DNA of 64,000 nucleotides from Tubulanus polymorphus (taxonomy: Eukaryota; Animalia; Nemertea), in contig NC_134025.1 in NCBI RefSeq assembly GCF_964204645.1, positions 10,354,001 through 10,418,000 on the forward strand, read 5' to 3'. Below are positions 40,849 through 54,442 of this stretch, in pieces. The translations under genes were made by a program, and so were the position numbers. The notes under the pieces are model-generated. The model was not told the origin of the DNA, made no database searches, and worked only from the letters and a program-made list of their open reading frames with translations. How positions within the stretch are numbered: position 1 is the first letter of the stretch; every line of letters starts with the position of its first letter.

Positions 40849-42737
40849 ACTATTGCAACTAGTTCAGTTAACTTGAATTACTGGGGTGCACTGCACTTTG
40901 CCTTATACAAAGTCAGCTAACATCGAGGCACGCGTACGAGCGGTACGCTTATGTTGATTAAGTACACGATATTGAAAAGATTTTCTATTGAAATATGGAT
41001 TAATTAACGTCAGCATTTCCGCATTAAATCCACCGGAATGCTAAACAATAACAGGCCGGGCGCGAGCCCCGTAGGTCGGTCGGTTAGTTTAATGAATCAG
41101 TTATGCAACGGGCCAGTTGAAATAAATAGGACTGCCATATTACTGTTACATCGATGTTTGATATTTAAACTTAGTGGCTGTAATAATCAACATTAGGTTA
41201 ATAATCGACGTTATGGGAACCAGTCAATGTGCAACTCTTAACTACACAAGAGTCTCAACCTAAATATTTCATACAATGCAATCGCGTTCACCTGTGATTC
41301 AGCAATTAAAACGAACGTGCATAATACACTCAGTATAGTTTCAGGTAGATTTCGTTCGGCGTTGCAACAAATTCAACAACAACAGCCCGAATACGCGGAA
41401 AATTGTGCAATTCAAATTAATATATGCCGTGATTCAATGTTATTATTCACAATTCGTAGAAAGTCGCGAAAAGCTATCGCCGGAAAAATACCGTAACGTA
41501 GCGCAAGCAAAAGCTAAATAGATAAAAGAAAATAGCGCGAGTATTTATTTAATAACGCGTAGGTTATGCGTGACGCAACATTGCTTTACTATACTTCGCT
41601 TCGAAAAAAAGTGAACCCGCTTTAGGTTATCTGTGTGCTTAATTATGGATTTACACGATATACTTGTGAATGAAAAGAAACCAACTGATGACATCTGTCC
41701 CGTTCGGTATATGGGGACTTCCGTGAAAACCAGCTACGACATATGCTGCGTCATTGTATCGTAATTTTTATGGCGAATTCGTTATCGATCTTTGCCCTGT
41801 AAGGTCGACCCGAGGTGTTGTATTGGGGGTCGATTAAACACAAGCACGTCGGGCGTTCCGGTTTCGGGTGGGCGTCTGAAACGACTCGTGCAGATGCTCA
41901 ACAACCCGGCGTAAACAGCTACGACGAAGAAATCCGAGTCGAAACCGATGTCACCGTAGACGACATCAAAATCAAACATGGCCGGCAGGAGGCTTCGCGC
42001 AATGGTTTTATAACGCGTGTATTTATGGATGCTCGAATACTCGAATATCAAACATCAAACATCGTAGGCAAATAAAATAAGCCTAATTAAAAAAAAGAGC
42101 AACTGTCATGCTATGGCTCCCTATGATTTCCCAGGGATCTATGGAAAGTTGGTTTTTTTTACGAGTACCGTGATTTTTAAATCCCTGCAGAACATTCGCA
42201 CATCCAGTTTCAAAGAGGATTTTGATATTCGAAACTCGAACAAAACAAAACAAGCTGCATCGTAAACAACTCAACAAATGACAGAAATTTGATTTGTGTT
42301 TTTTATTTTCAAAATGACAACGAAAAATTGACTAGGAAATATTCCACGTTTTATTCGGGAAAACTATTGGAACAACATTAACAATCATGTATATTTTCCT
42401 GTTCGGAATGCCCAAAGCATAGCAAGCAATAAACATATCTCTAAAAGTCACAATTCCTAAGGTCAGCTAGATCGTAAATAGCCACCAACTGAAACTATAA
42501 GTCTTACTAATTCGTCAGGTATTCAGGATGAGCAATATAATATAATGAAGATCATTACTATAGCATTAAGTCAATAAGATATCATTTTATTATTCAGGTC
42601 ACTGGGAGATATGCCAACGCTGTGAACATATAGTATTCATATCAAATTCAATAGATAAGAATGAATTCATTACCTATAGCTATGTGTGTGTATGTGTGCT
42701 TTTATGTGCGGCGTATATAAATTATGGGTTCCTATAT

Positions 42738-42890
42738 CCATGTGTGGCTTCGTGGTTTATGGACGATGTGCTAATGACTAGCTAACTTAATGGTTCGAAT
42801 ACCAGTGAGGGCACCTTAGGCACTTTAGGCTTCATAATAGAGGATTCACAATTCTGTCTGCTCAAGATCCTGGAGTCGTTCATATGCACG
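42738..42890 (+). mobile_element. Decayed tRNA-derived SINE head
   Basis: A-box-like TGGCTTCGTGG (42745-42755) and B box GGTTCGAATACC (42792-42803) at tRNA-like spacing. Confidence 0.45.
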
Positions 42891-44749
42891 TTTATCGTTT
42901 TTTTCAATGTTGCGGCCACTTTTATTTGACTTGCTTTTTAGCCATGGCATGCACGCTGTTTGTTGCTGACTTGATTTCCAATCGATTAGACATAGAACAG
43001 TTTGGTTTTACATGCGATCTAGCAATCTCAACAAATTGTCCTTGATTTTTGGCATTTCTGGTATCCCATTTCAAGAGCCGGTTGCACAGTCATGGCCTAT
43101 ATCTAAGATCAATCTATGACCAACTTAGTTCTGTAGCCAATTTAACATCTTACGACCAGAGATTAAAGACCAATTTTGGACATAAGTCGTAACTGTATAA
43201 TTGCGGTCTCCTCTTTAATTGTAGCTCTATTGTCAAAATTAGATTCGCTTTTATCAAGAGATTCAATATCTACTTGAAGAGACTCCTGACCGGGTGTGGG
43301 GTTAAATATCTTAATCTATGTCGATCCAACCCGCTTTCATCATTCAATACAACTTCAAAGTACCACAGATTTAACCCCAAGATCTAATTAAAAGTATTAT
43401 ATAAATATATCGATAAACCATAGAATTTTGACTTTCAGCCATCAGTCGATTGAGTACGAGGGGGCACAAAATTCGATCGGAAATAATAAAAGCGCGGATA
43501 ACAACCGACGAAACAATCGAGCTATCAAAAGAGATAAACGAAACGAAAATGTATTTCTGTTCTTAATACCCGCTGGAAAGGCGCTATTGAATTACGCGCC
43601 TGAATTTCTAACAACTTAAGTGAACTGAAGAAGGCGTTAATGTTATCGTTATTGCCCTCTGCAGATTGGAAAATGTCATTGTTTCTGTTTCAACCAGGAA
43701 AAATCCATTAAAACCTGAATAGGTTCATCAGGCATCGAACTCGACTTCAATACATACATACGAGATACATGAAATTATTTTTTGTTTGTTTTAAAGAGAC
43801 AGATCGCAATAATACCGTTCTATAGTTCAAACTTTGCCCCGGAGCGTCGTCAGAGAGCGATCGATTTTCGAAAACTTCGCTGTAGATAATAATACGTAAA
43901 CACTCGTGTTGTTTGCATCACAGTCGGTATCGTCGTCGGCGACTATTCATATCGTTATCATCTTTTTAAGCGGATGCTGCTGCTGCTGCTGCTGCCCGGT
44001 TCCAGGGTCGGAAACCAGCGCCGAACGGCTTCTTCGTCTCGGAAAAACACGAATCCCGTTTTAAGATGAAAAGTGTACGAATACGCCGGCACTCCGTAAT
44101 GTTTCGCTGGTCGAAGAAACAAGTAAAGATGAAAAGTATTTCGATAAAAAGCCTCGACGACAACGACTACAAACTACCGTAATCTAGTAGTAGCGGCGTT
44201 TTTACGAATCGCCGTGGTTCGTTCGGCTTTTAGCGGTACGCGTTGCATTGCCATCGAGTTAGCCGTCGTTGTTGCGTGAATTGCGTGACCATTCATGCGT
44301 AATGGCTTCTTTGATTGTATTATTGTCCGGCGACCGTAAGGACGGAATTTCCTCGCTCGCCTGTTTAACCGGCAATTAGTTATAATTACTCGAAATTACG
44401 CGCGCGCGCACTCAGAAGGCACAACGTTACTCATGTGTGTCTCAGCAGCAGCGGCAGCGCTGGAAATTGCGCCAAACACCTATTACGCGGCACGCGCCGT
44501 ACATATAAACAAACCAACGCCAACGCCACGATTCTTGGAAGCGACCTGTATATTTACAAATCGCGATGATCCGGCGATGATAAGCACTCAAACATTTATC
44601 GATATTAGAATTTTTTACGCTTTTCTGAGTAAAACAGATACTGCACACGCTCCTCTTCGCATGAGCGTATTAAAGCAAATCAATAAATGACTCTTTTTTT
44701 ACCCCTCCATAGATTGATCACCAGCACCAGGTAGTAACTATACTTCTAT

Positions 44750-44982
44750 AATCGCGATCACACGAATCTGGCCCGGGAAGAACTGTTCACATCGGAGCCA
44801 AGCGGCCCGTGCCAAATTTAGCTCGGTACAAATGATTGCGTCTGAATTGCAACTGGTTCTGGAAATGACTCACTTCACTTTGTTTAAGCATTGTTAAGTA
44901 TCTAGTGAGTGGTTTACATATGAATGTGTTCTCTAATTAGGCACGGGCCAAATTTGGGCCTGCCAACTGTGTGATCGCGGCT
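44750..44982. mobile_element. Family B MITE
   Basis: CGCGATCACACG ... TGTGTGATCGCGGCT with the family B body. Confidence 0.8.
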
Positions 44983-45439
44983 TAAGGATAATCAGGTGGT
45001 CGCTGTGACGACATTTGGACAATTGATGGGAGGCCATCTCTACGGACTCGCAATATAATCAGACGAGCCGGTCTCGAAAACGATCAAGAAGCTAATTTCG
45101 ATCATTTTAGTAAGCCAATCAACGAGCGAGTCTCCATTGTCTCGCTGGGGGAAAATCAGTGAAACAACCAGCATCCAACTATCCGCGAAATCAATCTATT
45201 TTCCTATCAACCTGCTGGGAAAATAAGGAAAATCAGTTATCAATTTGCATAAAAGTTTTTTCTGAACGCTTTCCATGCATAAAATAGAATGAAATATTTG
45301 CTGAATATCAGATACTTTAGCAGCTTTCCTGAAGATAATGACGAACTGAACTGAATTGGGAGATGGTTATCGAAGGGTCGTAGAAAAAGCTGCTAGCTCC
45401 GAATACATACATACAGTAGAACTCATTCATTCCGGATTA

Positions 45440-45675
45440 GATCTCAATGTTCAGAAGAGTTTTACGTCCCAACTGCAAGTAACAGTGTAACCCTAATGGG
45501 TCTTAAGAGCATGGCCAGGGCCTTTTTATAGGTTGTTATGGCTCACAACCTGAATAAGTTAGCAGAGCTTAGTCCATGTACGTGTCTCGACAGCCAACGC
45601 CAGGGAGGTGGTGTCGAACCAGGGACCTCTTAGTTCCCGGTCCGTCACTCAACCGACTGAGCTAACTGCTCTGGA
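45440..45675 (-). mobile_element. tRNA-derived SINE
   Basis: Minus strand has Pol III A box TAGCTCAGTCGG (45664-45653) and B box GGTTCGACACC (45620-45610), followed by a non-tRNA body ending near GGGACGTAAAACTC; no intact cloverleaf. Confidence 0.7.
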
Positions 45676-48600
45676 CTGAATTAAGCAAAATCTGAATTAT
45701 GAATAATCGTTTACACGTATCAGGATTAAGTGGACTGAATATTCGATCCGAATTAAGTAAAAATCTGGATACAAATTCGAACAAAGCCAGTTCTACTGTA
45801 TTACTATTCAAGATTGCATTATCGAGTTTGATGAAATTCGCGCATTCGATACGTCGATGACGTCACACTTATACATATGTTACGCCGAGGGAAACCAAAA
45901 AGTCGCGTATACATATATACATAACCCGAGCCATGCCATGTCAGACACACCTAGAGATCAATGAAATCTTCGATACGAGATCGACGACGATGAGACCCCT
46001 CTCCATCATGAATGGCTCCCCGAATAAATTCCAATACTCATCTCGCTTCTCGTACGACGACGAGAAAGCCTTCAAAAATTTCAAAGTACAAGATCGGTCT
46101 CGTTGTCTTACATATATACACATGAGTGCTTGATAAAACGTTCGGCGTATTCGCAAGAATCTGAAGTTTTTGCTCCGGGGAGGTTAATTGATCAGTACTT
46201 CTGAACGCTGTTTGTGAACAACGCGTAACCTGGGAATTATATTTTAAGCTTCCGAGAAAACGTATTTCGAACTCGTGCGCGCAGGTTTTTAAACGGTAGA
46301 CCTCGGGACATGGAAAGCCTCTTCGACAATAAGGCATATCGCTTGTCGGTTAAAACACCCCGAATATATATACGTATACGTGATAACTGACTAGACCGAC
46401 TGTAACGCGATGAAAATAGCTTCGCGATGACATTTAAACATTCTCGGTGAATTGCGATTGGATTCACTTCTTTCAATAACACCTGAACGGTAGGCAATTT
46501 CTTAGCGCAATCATCTAGGTCAAACGGAGTTATGCTAGGAATGTTCGCCGTCCCATACTCTGCACACGGTGCGGCGTGGCACCGGATTTCAATAGAAACC
46601 CAACGAGTTGACACATTTCCATAACAAACAACGAGAAAAAAATTGAATTAAGTGTGGCCTAAACAGATCTTATGCGACAGACAACCGCAATACGTGGTAT
46701 AACACGATCCCTACTTCTGTGGGTAAAAAAATTTCACTTCAGCGGAAAAATATTTTCAACCACTATGCCTCAGCGGAACCAAACTGTATCGGTTTCGATT
46801 TTCTAATAATGCCCTCTTAAAAGAAAAAGATTACGAAGACTCCCAAACTCAACTCTTTACAATGCTCAGGAAACCTTCCTCATACTGCACTAAATACAAC
46901 TTGGATTTCCAATGTTGGTTGGTGGAGCATCAACGAAGCTCCGACGTTCTCTGTTGCATCTATGACGCTCGCCTCGTTCGCATGCCTATTGCCACTGTCA
47001 TTAGTAAAAATACAAGTGTTTGTCAAACCAAGACCTCGGTTTGTTTCATCTCTCAGTAACAAGTCTCATTTTGGGGGGAGGGGCAGAGAAACCCTGTAAA
47101 GGGCAGTTGGATATAACAATATTTGCAAAAAGGGCACACTTCCTAAATTTCTGGGATGCAACTGCCCCCGCTAGGTACAGACCTGGTAACTAGACCTTTA
47201 ACCATCTCTATAATTTCTAACCTATCTGCTCAGGCGCAGTTCTATCAACTCGAGCCTAGTCTCGCGGGTTAGGTTGACAAGAAGTTCCGGTCTGACAACA
47301 CCTGAGGTCAATCTCAATCACGTAGAGACATTAGCGTAAGACACGTATCCAGTCAGCTGTTGGGGGGGGGGGAGGCGTCATGCCACGCCTAGCACGCGAT
47401 GACGACCGAGTCGAAATCAAATCGACGAGAAACCTGTGTTCGCTGTCCAATGGGGCATAAAATGCGTCGCGCGAGTAGGTGGTGATGGAATGGGACAAGT
47501 CAACGAAGCGGAAAATGCGAAACATCGGTACGCAATTTGTCGCAACATAAAACTAATCATTTCGCAGCGTATACGAGCAGGAACAACAAAGTTTTTGCTT
47601 TATGGTCGTCTCTGGCGTTGTTAGTCGTTTAACTGAATCGAACATGATTTCTTTTTGTAACGGCAGACGATTTCATATTCGTCGCGAACAGGGAAAATAC
47701 CGCTAGCCAATACAAACGGGTAATATTGTTTTCCATCGCAAGTCAGCAGAGGCGGATCTGGAGGTCAGTTTCGAAGGACTTGTCACATCCGAAAAGGGCA
47801 CTTTTATGTCCAAAAAGGTGTATTCTGCACTGAGGGGCTAATTTTGAAGAACATTCCAAGTCCTGAAAAGGGACTTTGATGTCCAAACAAGCAATATTAA
47901 GTGTACTCCTGCACCGAGGGACCAATTTCAAAGAACTTGTCATATCCCAAAATGCCACTTCGATGGCCATTAAGACAATATTAGGGGTGGTGCTAACCCA
48001 TTAAAATGCACCAATTATCTTTGTTGAAAAAACGAAAAAGGGCACTTAACTGATGGAGTTGTATACGTCTCGCAAGTCGCCCTGGAAACCAGGAAAAAGA
48101 TACGAGCTTCTCACAAAAACGTTCTTAGGGAGAATCAACAAGACCAACTTAATCAGCAAAACAATACCATCGAAAAATCTCCGTTTAAGTTTAAGTCAAT
48201 GCTAAGCTCATATTACTATTTACAAACTAACAGTACCTAATATCAAAAATTCATAGACTAGTCCTTAAGAATTTTTGATATTGCGTAACAGAATGCGAAT
48301 TGGCAAAAACTCGTTTTACGTTCATTTTTTTTCTCTTCAAGATTCCACGATCGAAAGAGACCGGGGTATATAATCCCGTTTATTATACTATCGCCATTTC
48401 GCATTCGACCGTCGGCGGATGACTTCGTAATCGTTCTCAACCGACGACGTTAGCCTCCAGATGATTTTCCGCACAAATAAACACCGCGCGTTTAAAATAG
48501 ACGAGAATTCGATTCGCTTTCGAAGAACGACGAATCGATATAATTACTAATTAATTAGATGAGTAGGGAGGCCTCCCGGGCAAACGTCGTCGTCGCCGCC

Positions 48601-48780
48601 GCCGCTCAATTCAAAACGCGATGACAAATCTGAAAAGGCAGCTAATTGACTTTAGGCGTAACTTGCGCTGGTGACCGTTTTCCGAGCAGCCACCACCCAT
48701 CAGTCCAGGATGCAGGACGACGAAGTTTTCAAAAGGGATCATCATATTTCTCTTAAGCGAAGATATCCGATAGCCTTTAA

Positions 48781-49120
48781 GGTAGGGGCACACGAGCGCA
48801 TTTTTTCGCCCGATCGCGGCGAATTTATAAATTGCCCGAAAAATTCGCCCGTGTGGCCACTCACGGCGACAACGATTTTGTCGGCCGACTCGATCGCCCG
48901 GCGAATCACCTGTATCAAACATGTTTTGTATTTTCACCCGATTGTTTACGCTGGCGATCAGATCGCCAGCAATTTCGCTCATCTGCCCGCGCTGCCCTGC
49001 GCGCGATCTATTTTTATCAACCAATAGGATGCATTGTTGATATCATAAGATTCGTTAACTCTCTCCCACTAAGTGCCAGTCGCTGACCGAATTTCGGTTT
49101 CATCGCTACGTGTGCCCGCT
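48781..49120. mobile_element. GC-rich palindromic MITE-like element
   Basis: GGGCACACGAGCG near the left end and CGCTACGTGTGCCC near the right end; many GATCG/CGATC internal palindromes. Confidence 0.55.
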
Positions 49121-49312
49121 CGTATCGGGCGTATAAATTCGTCGACGAAACAACTCCTAAGTTCGGACCGAGGTGCTGTCTTCTTGAATCAACTTGATGA
49201 TTCCCAGATCTTTAATACGAGGGTTCACTACATCCCAAGGGACAATATGAGAGATGTCTTTTAAACTTCGTCTCAGGATTGTTACTAGAGACGGGGGCCA
49301 AATTGAGACTAA

Positions 49313-49598
49313 AGCCGTGATTGCACGAGCATTTTTGGCCGCGCCAAATATGGCCCATGCGAAATTAGGCCTGGAAAAACTGTTCACACGGGTGATGAAT
49401 GGGCTAATGCTTGTTTGGCCCAACCAAAAATTAAATTCTAGCACGGGTAGAATTATTGCGTATGAATTGCAACTGGAAGTGACTTTGTTTCGTTTAAGCT
49501 AGTAGCAATGATTGCTGATAAGTTCAAGTATTATTCAATATCGTGTGAATGGTTTTCTAGCTCTCTAATTAGGCATGGACCAAATTTGACTCGGGCCT
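49313..49598. mobile_element. Family B MITE, right end truncated
   Basis: AGCCGTGATTGCACGAGC plus the family B body. Confidence 0.75.
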
Positions 49599-50407
49599 AC
49601 TCGTGCGTAATACGCGTAGTCGTAATACCTGTAATACGCATAGTCAGGCACATTCATTTATTGCTCATCGTTGAAAACGTATGTACAGCGTCAGCCGTGA
49701 CTGATATTTCATGGAAATTCGCGCCGAACGCCGAGAAAATAGAAAAAAATCCCCCAATTTTTACATATCTACACGATCGGAAGCTTAGAAAAACATTCCG
49801 AGTGTTAGGGCGAACCGAGCGCTTCGTATTTATTCTTTCTCATATTTCCGAGCGTCGGGGAAGCCTCAGGAATTGCCTAGGCATGCGTTTTCTTACTATT
49901 CGGGACATTTTTAGTAGGACGAGCTATGTTGCCTTACTCCACTCACAACAAGAACCTGTTTATCCAGGCGCGAGCGCTGTGGCTGTTTTGCCAATTTTCG
50001 TTCAGGGGCTCGGAAAAACGAAATCCTCGCTACAAACGCGGCCCTGGTAATCTGAACCCTACGCGAACCAGTAACGCCGGGCAACGCTTCAATTCACACA
50101 ATACACAATGCCGCGAGACATTGTGACAATCTTTATAGTTATAGATATAAATACACGCGTATGAATGCGTTATATTATATTCATTTCAATTCTTTCGTTT
50201 CAAAAGCAGTCATCGCACACCTAGACGTTCGTGGCATGGTTTCCTGACTTTTTGTTTTCGTCTTTCGCTGGCTGCGTAAGCTCGCCAGATCTTATGCACG
50301 ACGATGCCACTGCACCAATCGGAAAACTATGTAATTTACAATACTGACAATGATTCCTCGCGCTGCTCTGTTTTCTAGCACCAGCACCTCAACTTCTCTC
50401 GGTACAC

Positions 50408-50726
50408 CATCCTCGCTTGCCCGGGTTTAATTGCCGCCAGCCGGAGCTCACACCAACACAAACCCTGGTGGCAGACCCTTCATCGGTCTATTACCACGCC
50501 CAAGATTTCTTGCACGGGCAGTTTGCTGGACTCTGTATCAAGCCAATCAGATGCGGCGCTTTTCACTGGCAGATTTGCTCTATCAATACTACGCATCCGA
50601 TTGGCTAGATTTGGTGACCGCTGAGCAGCAACCTGTCCAAATGAAGGGTCTGTGGCAAGGGTTTGCATCGGCGTGAGCCTCGGCGCGAAGCAATCAAACC
50701 GTGGCAAGCGAGAATGCCTGCAGACT
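50408..50726. mobile_element. Foldback element with ~80-bp imperfect inverted arms and an inner inverted CCAAT pair
   Basis: Arm 50408-50488 pairs with 50634-50716 (CTCGCTTGCC...CAGACCCTTCAT / ATGAAGGGTCTG...GGCAAGCGAG); inner AGCCAATCAGATGCG / CGCATCCGATTGGCT. Confidence 0.7.
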
Positions 50727-50808
50727 CACATTGAAGAAGCCGATGTTATACATATTTATAAAATAAGGTACCTTGCGTACATACGCACGCTTACTCGTTA
50801 CTCGTACG

Positions 50809-50820
<12 letters not shown>

Positions 50821-50874
<54 letters not shown>
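50821..50874. repeat. (TA)n microsatellite
   Basis: Perfect TA run of about 27 units. Confidence 0.95.
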
Positions 50875-50879
<5 letters not shown>

Positions 50880-51854
50880 TAAATTTCTCAGAAGAAGAAG
50901 TGTTCAACCTTCCGCTGTGTATATACTATCGCGCGGAAAATAGTAAAGAGCGCGTGCTGGAAAACGTCCAAGAAAACGTCGCCGATCTTTGTTGCGCCAC
51001 CGAGAGAGCTGTTGTTGGCACCTGATCGTATACGTTATACTGTTACATGTACATTAACGTTATTGGTGACTTAACTATTTTCGGAAATGAGGCGAAGAAT
51101 CAAATCGCGCGAATCGAAACCGGATGCGCGACCGTCTTAAAAGTAGATAATGGATTGGATCGTACAGCACGTTTTCCCTTTTCGTGCATGAAATTGATAT
51201 GATAACTATCGATACATCGGTATATAACTATCGATACATCGGTATCGGGCATGCTACGAACATAAGGCCAATGGGCTCAGAAATAAGTAGAATAACGTAA
51301 GGTCAATGACCAGACCAAAACTTTCAGGACATCAGTCTGAATATGAATGCGTCTGCTGACACGTGTCATCTCAACTGAATGGATGCTATCAAAACCACAA
51401 GAGCTACGCCCAAGGTCTCATCACTCATCAGACGCGATCGTACGGAGACAATTTGGCCCGAATCGGACGCGACTCAAATTTGGCCCATGTCTAGTTAGAG
51501 TGCGTTCTTATGCAAACTACTGAAAGTGAAAAGGCCCTTTATTTGAGTTTCTAATCGAATGGCAGATTGAGTTGCTGGACATCTATACAGCATACTTCAG
51601 AAAACCGAGCAGAGCCCATCACGCGAAGACTGATTCTTAAATCTAAGTCTCAACTGAGGACTGGACCTTAGTCCTAGCCCTGGTAGTAACGGAATAGTCC
51701 AAAAACAATCTAACATTAAGTTTTTGGCGCCGGCCAACTATTCACACTGGTGACAAATGGGCAAGGGTCTGTTTGGCCCGACGAGGCCGGAGCCGAATTC
51801 AAGCGCGGGGTCCCACTGTGTGTTATTCGTAACTGGTTCCAAAAGCGACTAACT

Positions 51855-52080
51855 CAGGGCTGCCAACCTCTGAAAACTGCCATCAGTAACAAATTGAATT
51901 TTTTTCAGTAACATTTTGTTTGAAATATGAAATAAAATGTTCAATTCATCAGAAATCAACAGTAAGACCCTCCGTAACATCTTTCATATTTCTATATGAA
52001 TCAAACAAATGAAATCAGTATTTCTTGTTTTAAAACATTAAGTAACAAATACTGAAAATCAAGAACAGTTGGCAGCTCTG
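51855..52080. mobile_element. CAGGG-terminated MITE, family C, 6-bp TSD, nested in a family B fragment
   Basis: TIR CAGGGCTGCCAAC / GTTGGCAGCTCTG; CTAACT duplicated at 51849-51854 and 52081-52086. Confidence 0.85.
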
Positions 52081-54323
52081 CTAACTTTGTTTTATTGCAG
52101 CATTGTTAAGAATCGAGAAACTGAACGCACTCTCCGCTTAGGCGTAGGCCTGACCCGGGCCGATTTGGCATTCGCAGCATTCGAACGACGACGGACTGAT
52201 GGAATTCGCGATCAATCTTCGACGAGCTGTGGCCGGAGGCGGCATCGGCGCGGCGCTAGCGCGGAAGCGGTTCGACGTAATATTCAGTTGACAAGAGAAA
52301 TGAAAAGATAATGGTCTAACCCTCGGTAAGTAGCGTTATTCTAATCGGAAAAGCAAACGAACAGCCTCCGTTCGTTCGAGAAGAGCAATCGGCGGCAGCG
52401 TTGATGAATCAACACTGTAAACCGTATGTATAACACGCCGAAGATTAGTATCATCAACGCTCTTGAGAAAATATTTTACTGTTGGTCTTTCCCGGCGCGC
52501 GCGAGCGCGCGGCTCGGCCCGATGCCATTCGATACAGCCAATCTCGAAACAAAATCTACCCACCGTCATCCGAGACATCGAATTAACACAAAAACACCGG
52601 ATGAAAATAATAATAATTCTTTCAACTAAAATATCTAGTCAAGACGGATAAGGGACTTATGTTACGACTGACAATTGTCAATTAAAACATGGTTATTATA
52701 CATAGCAAGATCTACCTCGGCGCAAATGAATTTATCAGTAGTAATGAAGCGATGAATTGGCCAAAGTAAAACTGAAGTCAACTTGTGAAATATAACAAAA
52801 TTCCAGGTCTCGATGTTGGACAGGAAATGGATCGTCTTTTTCGTGGGCTGTGTCACAAACTTGAGAAATTAGTCATAATAGCAAGGAGATACCGCCTTCT
52901 ACTGTCTGGTACAATGGGAGCTGGCTACCCGATGGTGCTATTGCCCCGAGGCCCGAGCTAGAGACAAATTAAGGAAGCGACTCACTTCGCTTTGTTTAAG
53001 CATTGTTTAGTATAGAGTGAGTGGTGTAATTAGGCTTGGCCTAAATTTGACTGGGGTCTCATTCGTGGCAATTTGGTCCTGGCCAAATCGCCTCCAGGTG
53101 ATCGCACACAAGCCGCACACAAAATCCAAAATTGGGACTAAATAACAGTTTAACTCATCTTGGAACAAAGAAAACCACCATATGTCAAGATTAGAAAAAT
53201 CATAATAAGACAATATTCACTAGTTCTATTCATTTTCACATATGAAGATAATTACAAATAAGTAGTAGATTGTATTTTGTCACCATATGACAAGAATGAT
53301 TCCAATCAGTGTGGGAGTCATTCTGGAGAGCTTTACGTCGTACCGTTAATTAATTAGCCAATAGCGGAGGGTAGACTATACCACGCGCGCGTGAACGCAC
53401 GCACGCACAAGATGCGAGTAGCCATCGCGCAAAATAGGAGAGACGTTCCCGCTGTCCGTGTACAAAATTTCATTAGCCAATAAAGATCGCAAGGACATTA
53501 ACAGAGAAAGATTTTTTGGGAGATGTTCATTAGACTGACGTCAAGATACTTTTTCCCCAGTTAATCGAATAATCGCGGCGAGTTGCTCGAGAGCGATATG
53601 CTTTTTTGTCGAATACTAAGTTTCTATTTCCGACTTTAAGAGATAACTTTGAAATGCCAATAAGTGAGATCTTGTAGTGCATCACCGCAACCTTGGAAAA
53701 GTTTCACATATGGAGTGGAATGGATAATCGTCAAATATCTGTACTAGTGACAGAAATTGAGGAAGGCACATAGTGACTAAATGACTAAATATGCAGGTAT
53801 CCCTAGATCAGGTTTGACCAGTACTGGCATCCAGATGGCCAGAAGTGAGCCTTGAAAATGATATAGCAGGGCTTAAGGCATGCATCAGGGGTGGATCTAG
53901 GTCCTGCGCTGTGGCATGTTGGATAAGGTGTTTGACCTGCTAATAATAGCAGTAACTGGCAAAAAGTTGTCAACACGATGAAGTTGGCCCGAAAATTGGA
54001 AGATGGGGTTCAAGAAGAAAAGAAAAGCAAAAACCAGTAGCGGGGTCCAACCTTCGTTATAAGATGCTTTTGAAAAAAAAATCCGAAAGATGCGATTTCC
54101 GAGACAAATTTGCAGGTTTTAACGAAATGTCTCCCGACGAGCAGGGCAACCTCAATGGAAAGGCAGGGGTACGGACCTCGAGAGACCACCCCATAAATCT
54201 GCCCCTGATAGATTAAAGACAAGTCTATAGCCAAGCTATCAATGTAAGACCATTCTTAGAATATACCCAAAACCCTAGCGTACAGTATACCCATAATCAT
54301 ATTGTTGTTACACTCTAACAATA

Positions 54324-54442
54324 ATCCGCGATCACACGAGCAAATTTGGCCCGACCAAAAACGTCCAACCAGGCCAAATTTGGCCTGAGCTTGATCCGTG
54401 CCAATTTGGCCCGGGCCAAATCGTCCCCATGTGATCGCGGCT
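54324..54442. mobile_element. Family B MITE, minimal 119-bp derivative
   Basis: CCGCGATCACACG ... ATGTGATCGCGGCT with ATA TSD. Further fragments lie near 3570-3670, 12370-12465, 15610-15752, 32603-32730, 51430-51520, 51730-52170 and 52975-53107. Confidence 0.8.

Noticed and set aside
45600-45675. tRNA gene
   Set aside because: A and B boxes are present but the acceptor and anticodon stems do not pair; interpreted as a SINE head
49508-50050. 180-aa ORF
   Set aside because: Starts inside a family B MITE, has no recognisable domain and no convincing splice signals
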